Shown here piece by piece: positions 62,684 through 64,000 of a DNA stretch of 64,000 nt. Positions within the stretch are counted from its first letter, which is position 1, and every line of letters begins with the position of its first letter. Origin of the DNA: Candidatus Hydrogenedentota bacterium (lineage in GTDB: Bacteria > Hydrogenedentota > Hydrogenedentia > Hydrogenedentales > SLHB01). Under the pieces are notes generated by a model, which saw nothing but the letters and a program-made list of their open reading frames with translations, did no database searches and was not told where the DNA came from. The DNA is taken from positions 32,001 through 96,000 of the forward strand of contig BTWA01000010.1 in NCBI GenBank assembly GCA_045863295.1. The letters are read 5' to 3'. The position numbers and the translations under genes were made by a program.

Positions 62684-62836
62684 CTACTCCACCGTTGGCA
62701 GTGTCTTGTCCCCTTTGCTTTCCGACGCCTGGCTGATGACCAGGTTTAACAGCTTCTCAAGCACGGTGAGAAAGACGCCTTGCTGCACCATGCCGATGGC
62801 CTGGGCCGGTTTTGTAATTGCGCGCATATGACGCAT
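62684..62836 (-). CDS. Small 50-aa protein (basic leader ending PAQA + amphipathic helix)
   Basis: ATG 28 nt after the nrfA stop, G-rich RBS (GGGGGA), terminator immediately downstream. Confidence 0.55.
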   Translation of the reverse strand: MRHMRAITKPAQAIGMVQQGVFLTVLEKLLNLVISQASESKGDKTLPTVE

Positions 62837-62864
62837 GCTCAATCCCCCGGTTGTTTGCCGGCTG

Positions 62865-63998
62865 TCAGTGTACTTCGAGCATGGCCACATTTGCATCCGG
62901 CGCGCCCGTACCGCCCTCCAGCGCCATCTGCCCTTGCCGCAGGTGATTCATGGCCGTGAACAACAACCTCGCCGCTTCCTGAGGCGCATGGAATCCCGTG
63001 GAATTCTCCGCTTCCACGAAATCGATTAAGAATGTCGCCTTGCGTTGCCGGTCCCGCGCGGCGGTCAACGTCTCTTCCGAAGCCCCGGCGGCCTGTGCCG
63101 CCTTAATCGACTCGATCAGCTCAATCAACGCATCCATCGCCGCATTCCGCATTTCAAACGTCGTCGATTGAATCCGCTCCACCTTTTCTTTCAATTCCTG
63201 TTCCGGCACGTTGTGGCAGGTCTGACACGCGTTGTTGATGTTCAACAACGGACTGCGCACGTGGTGATCGCTGATCTTCTGGCTGCCCACCCGCTCGTAG
63301 GGCATGTGGCAATCCGCGCAGGCCACCCCCGATCGCGCATGTACCCCCTGGCTCCACATCTCGAATTCCGGGTGTTGCGCCTTCAGCATCGGCGCCCCGG
63401 TCTCCTCGTGCACCCAGTCCTTGAAACCCACTTCGTCGTAATACGCCAGAATCTCGTCGCCCTTGCGGCCCTTGAACCAAGGATAGGTCAACCGCTTTTC
63501 ATCGCCTTTGAAATAGTATTCAACGTGACATTGCGAACACACAAAGCTGCGCATCTCTTGCCGCGTGGCCATCGTGTTCACATCGTAGTTCTCGATTCCC
63601 TCGGCCGCCTTCACCACCTTAATCCCCTCAAGGAATCCAGGCCGCGTTACGCGCAACTGCATCGTTTGCGAATCGTGGCAATCAATGCACGCCACCGGAT
63701 GCGTCACTTCCTTGCGCGCTTCCGCGTACGGCATCGGATTCAACTTCTCGAATCCCTTGATGATGTCGCCATCGCCCAGACGCTTGTACGTGGTATACAC
63801 CGACGCATGGCAATGCAAGCACGTACCCGGCTGAGGCTTGGCTTGACGCCCCGTAAAGATCTGATCGTCCAGCATGTAGGCATGCCCGCGCTCCTCGCGA
63901 AAATCGATTGCAAAGGCATACCCCGCCCACATCCGCTTTAGGCGCGGATCGTCTTCAAGACGCGAGTTGGCAACAACCGACCGAGGGTCTACGTCCGT
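62865..63998 (-). CDS. nrfA: Pentahaem cytochrome c552 nitrite reductase (ammonia-forming), 5'-truncated
   Basis: WAGY.F..D....RGH.Y; five haem motifs CLHCH, CIDCH, CSQCHVEYYF, CADCHMP, CQTCH; KAQHPEFE; ENSTGFHAP. Frame is open to the window end. Confidence 0.93.
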   Translation of the reverse strand, partial: TDVDPRSVVANSRLEDDPRLKRMWAGYAFAIDFREERGHAYMLDDQIFTGRQAKPQPGTCLHCHASVYTTYKRLGDGDIIKGFEKLNPMPYAEARKEVTHPVACIDCHDSQTMQLRVTRPGFLEGIKVVKAAEGIENYDVNTMATRQEMRSFVCSQCHVEYYFKGDEKRLTYPWFKGRKGDEILAYYDEVGFKDWVHEETGAPMLKAQHPEFEMWSQGVHARSGVACADCHMPYERVGSQKISDHHVRSPLLNINNACQTCHNVPEQELKEKVERIQSTTFEMRNAAMDALIELIESIKAAQAAGASEETLTAARDRQRKATFLIDFVEAENSTGFHAPQEAARLLFTAMNHLRQGQMALEGGTGAPDANVAMLEVH

Positions 63999-64000
63999 CG

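Noticed and set aside
1..64000. Apparent increase in C-over-G skew towards the right half
   Set aside because: Spot counts were inconsistent and no dif site or DnaA-box cluster was seen; a computed cumulative skew is needed.

Overview
A gene-dense, GC-rich bacterial chromosome segment. I found no rRNA, tRNA, CRISPR array, transposase or prophage. The gene content points to a PVC-like lifestyle and most likely Candidatus Hydrogenedentota (inference): DUF1549/DUF1553 + DUF1501 modules, a DUF1559 prepilin-like H-X9-DG protein with an '[15 protein letters not shown]' segment, a PASTA-domain lipoprotein and a DUF1080 protein. Housekeeping genes are fabH, a complete Na+-NQR operon (nqrABCDEF-apbE-nqrM), guaA, mutY, uvrB, rel/spoT, a fused 5-oxoprolinase, leuB and a 5'-truncated nrfA. 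These are mixed with many secreted sugar- and phosphate-scavenging proteins. The most interesting observations are: (1) a ~200-nt nqrA leader behind a near-consensus sigma70 promoter that can adopt two mutually exclusive folds involving an anti-SD, a candidate new cis-regulatory RNA; (2) an orphan protein with the motif series of LCIB/theta-type carbonic anhydrases; (3) a secreted fasciclin protein fused to a 14-Cys 'EGTC' repeat region; (4) a GH3-fold protein that has lost its catalytic residues; (5) a CXXCH-type NrfA followed by a small leader+amphipathic peptide ORF; (6) a second multi-hairpin intergenic element at 56.9-57.1 kb. All family calls come from motifs recognised by eye, not from database searches.
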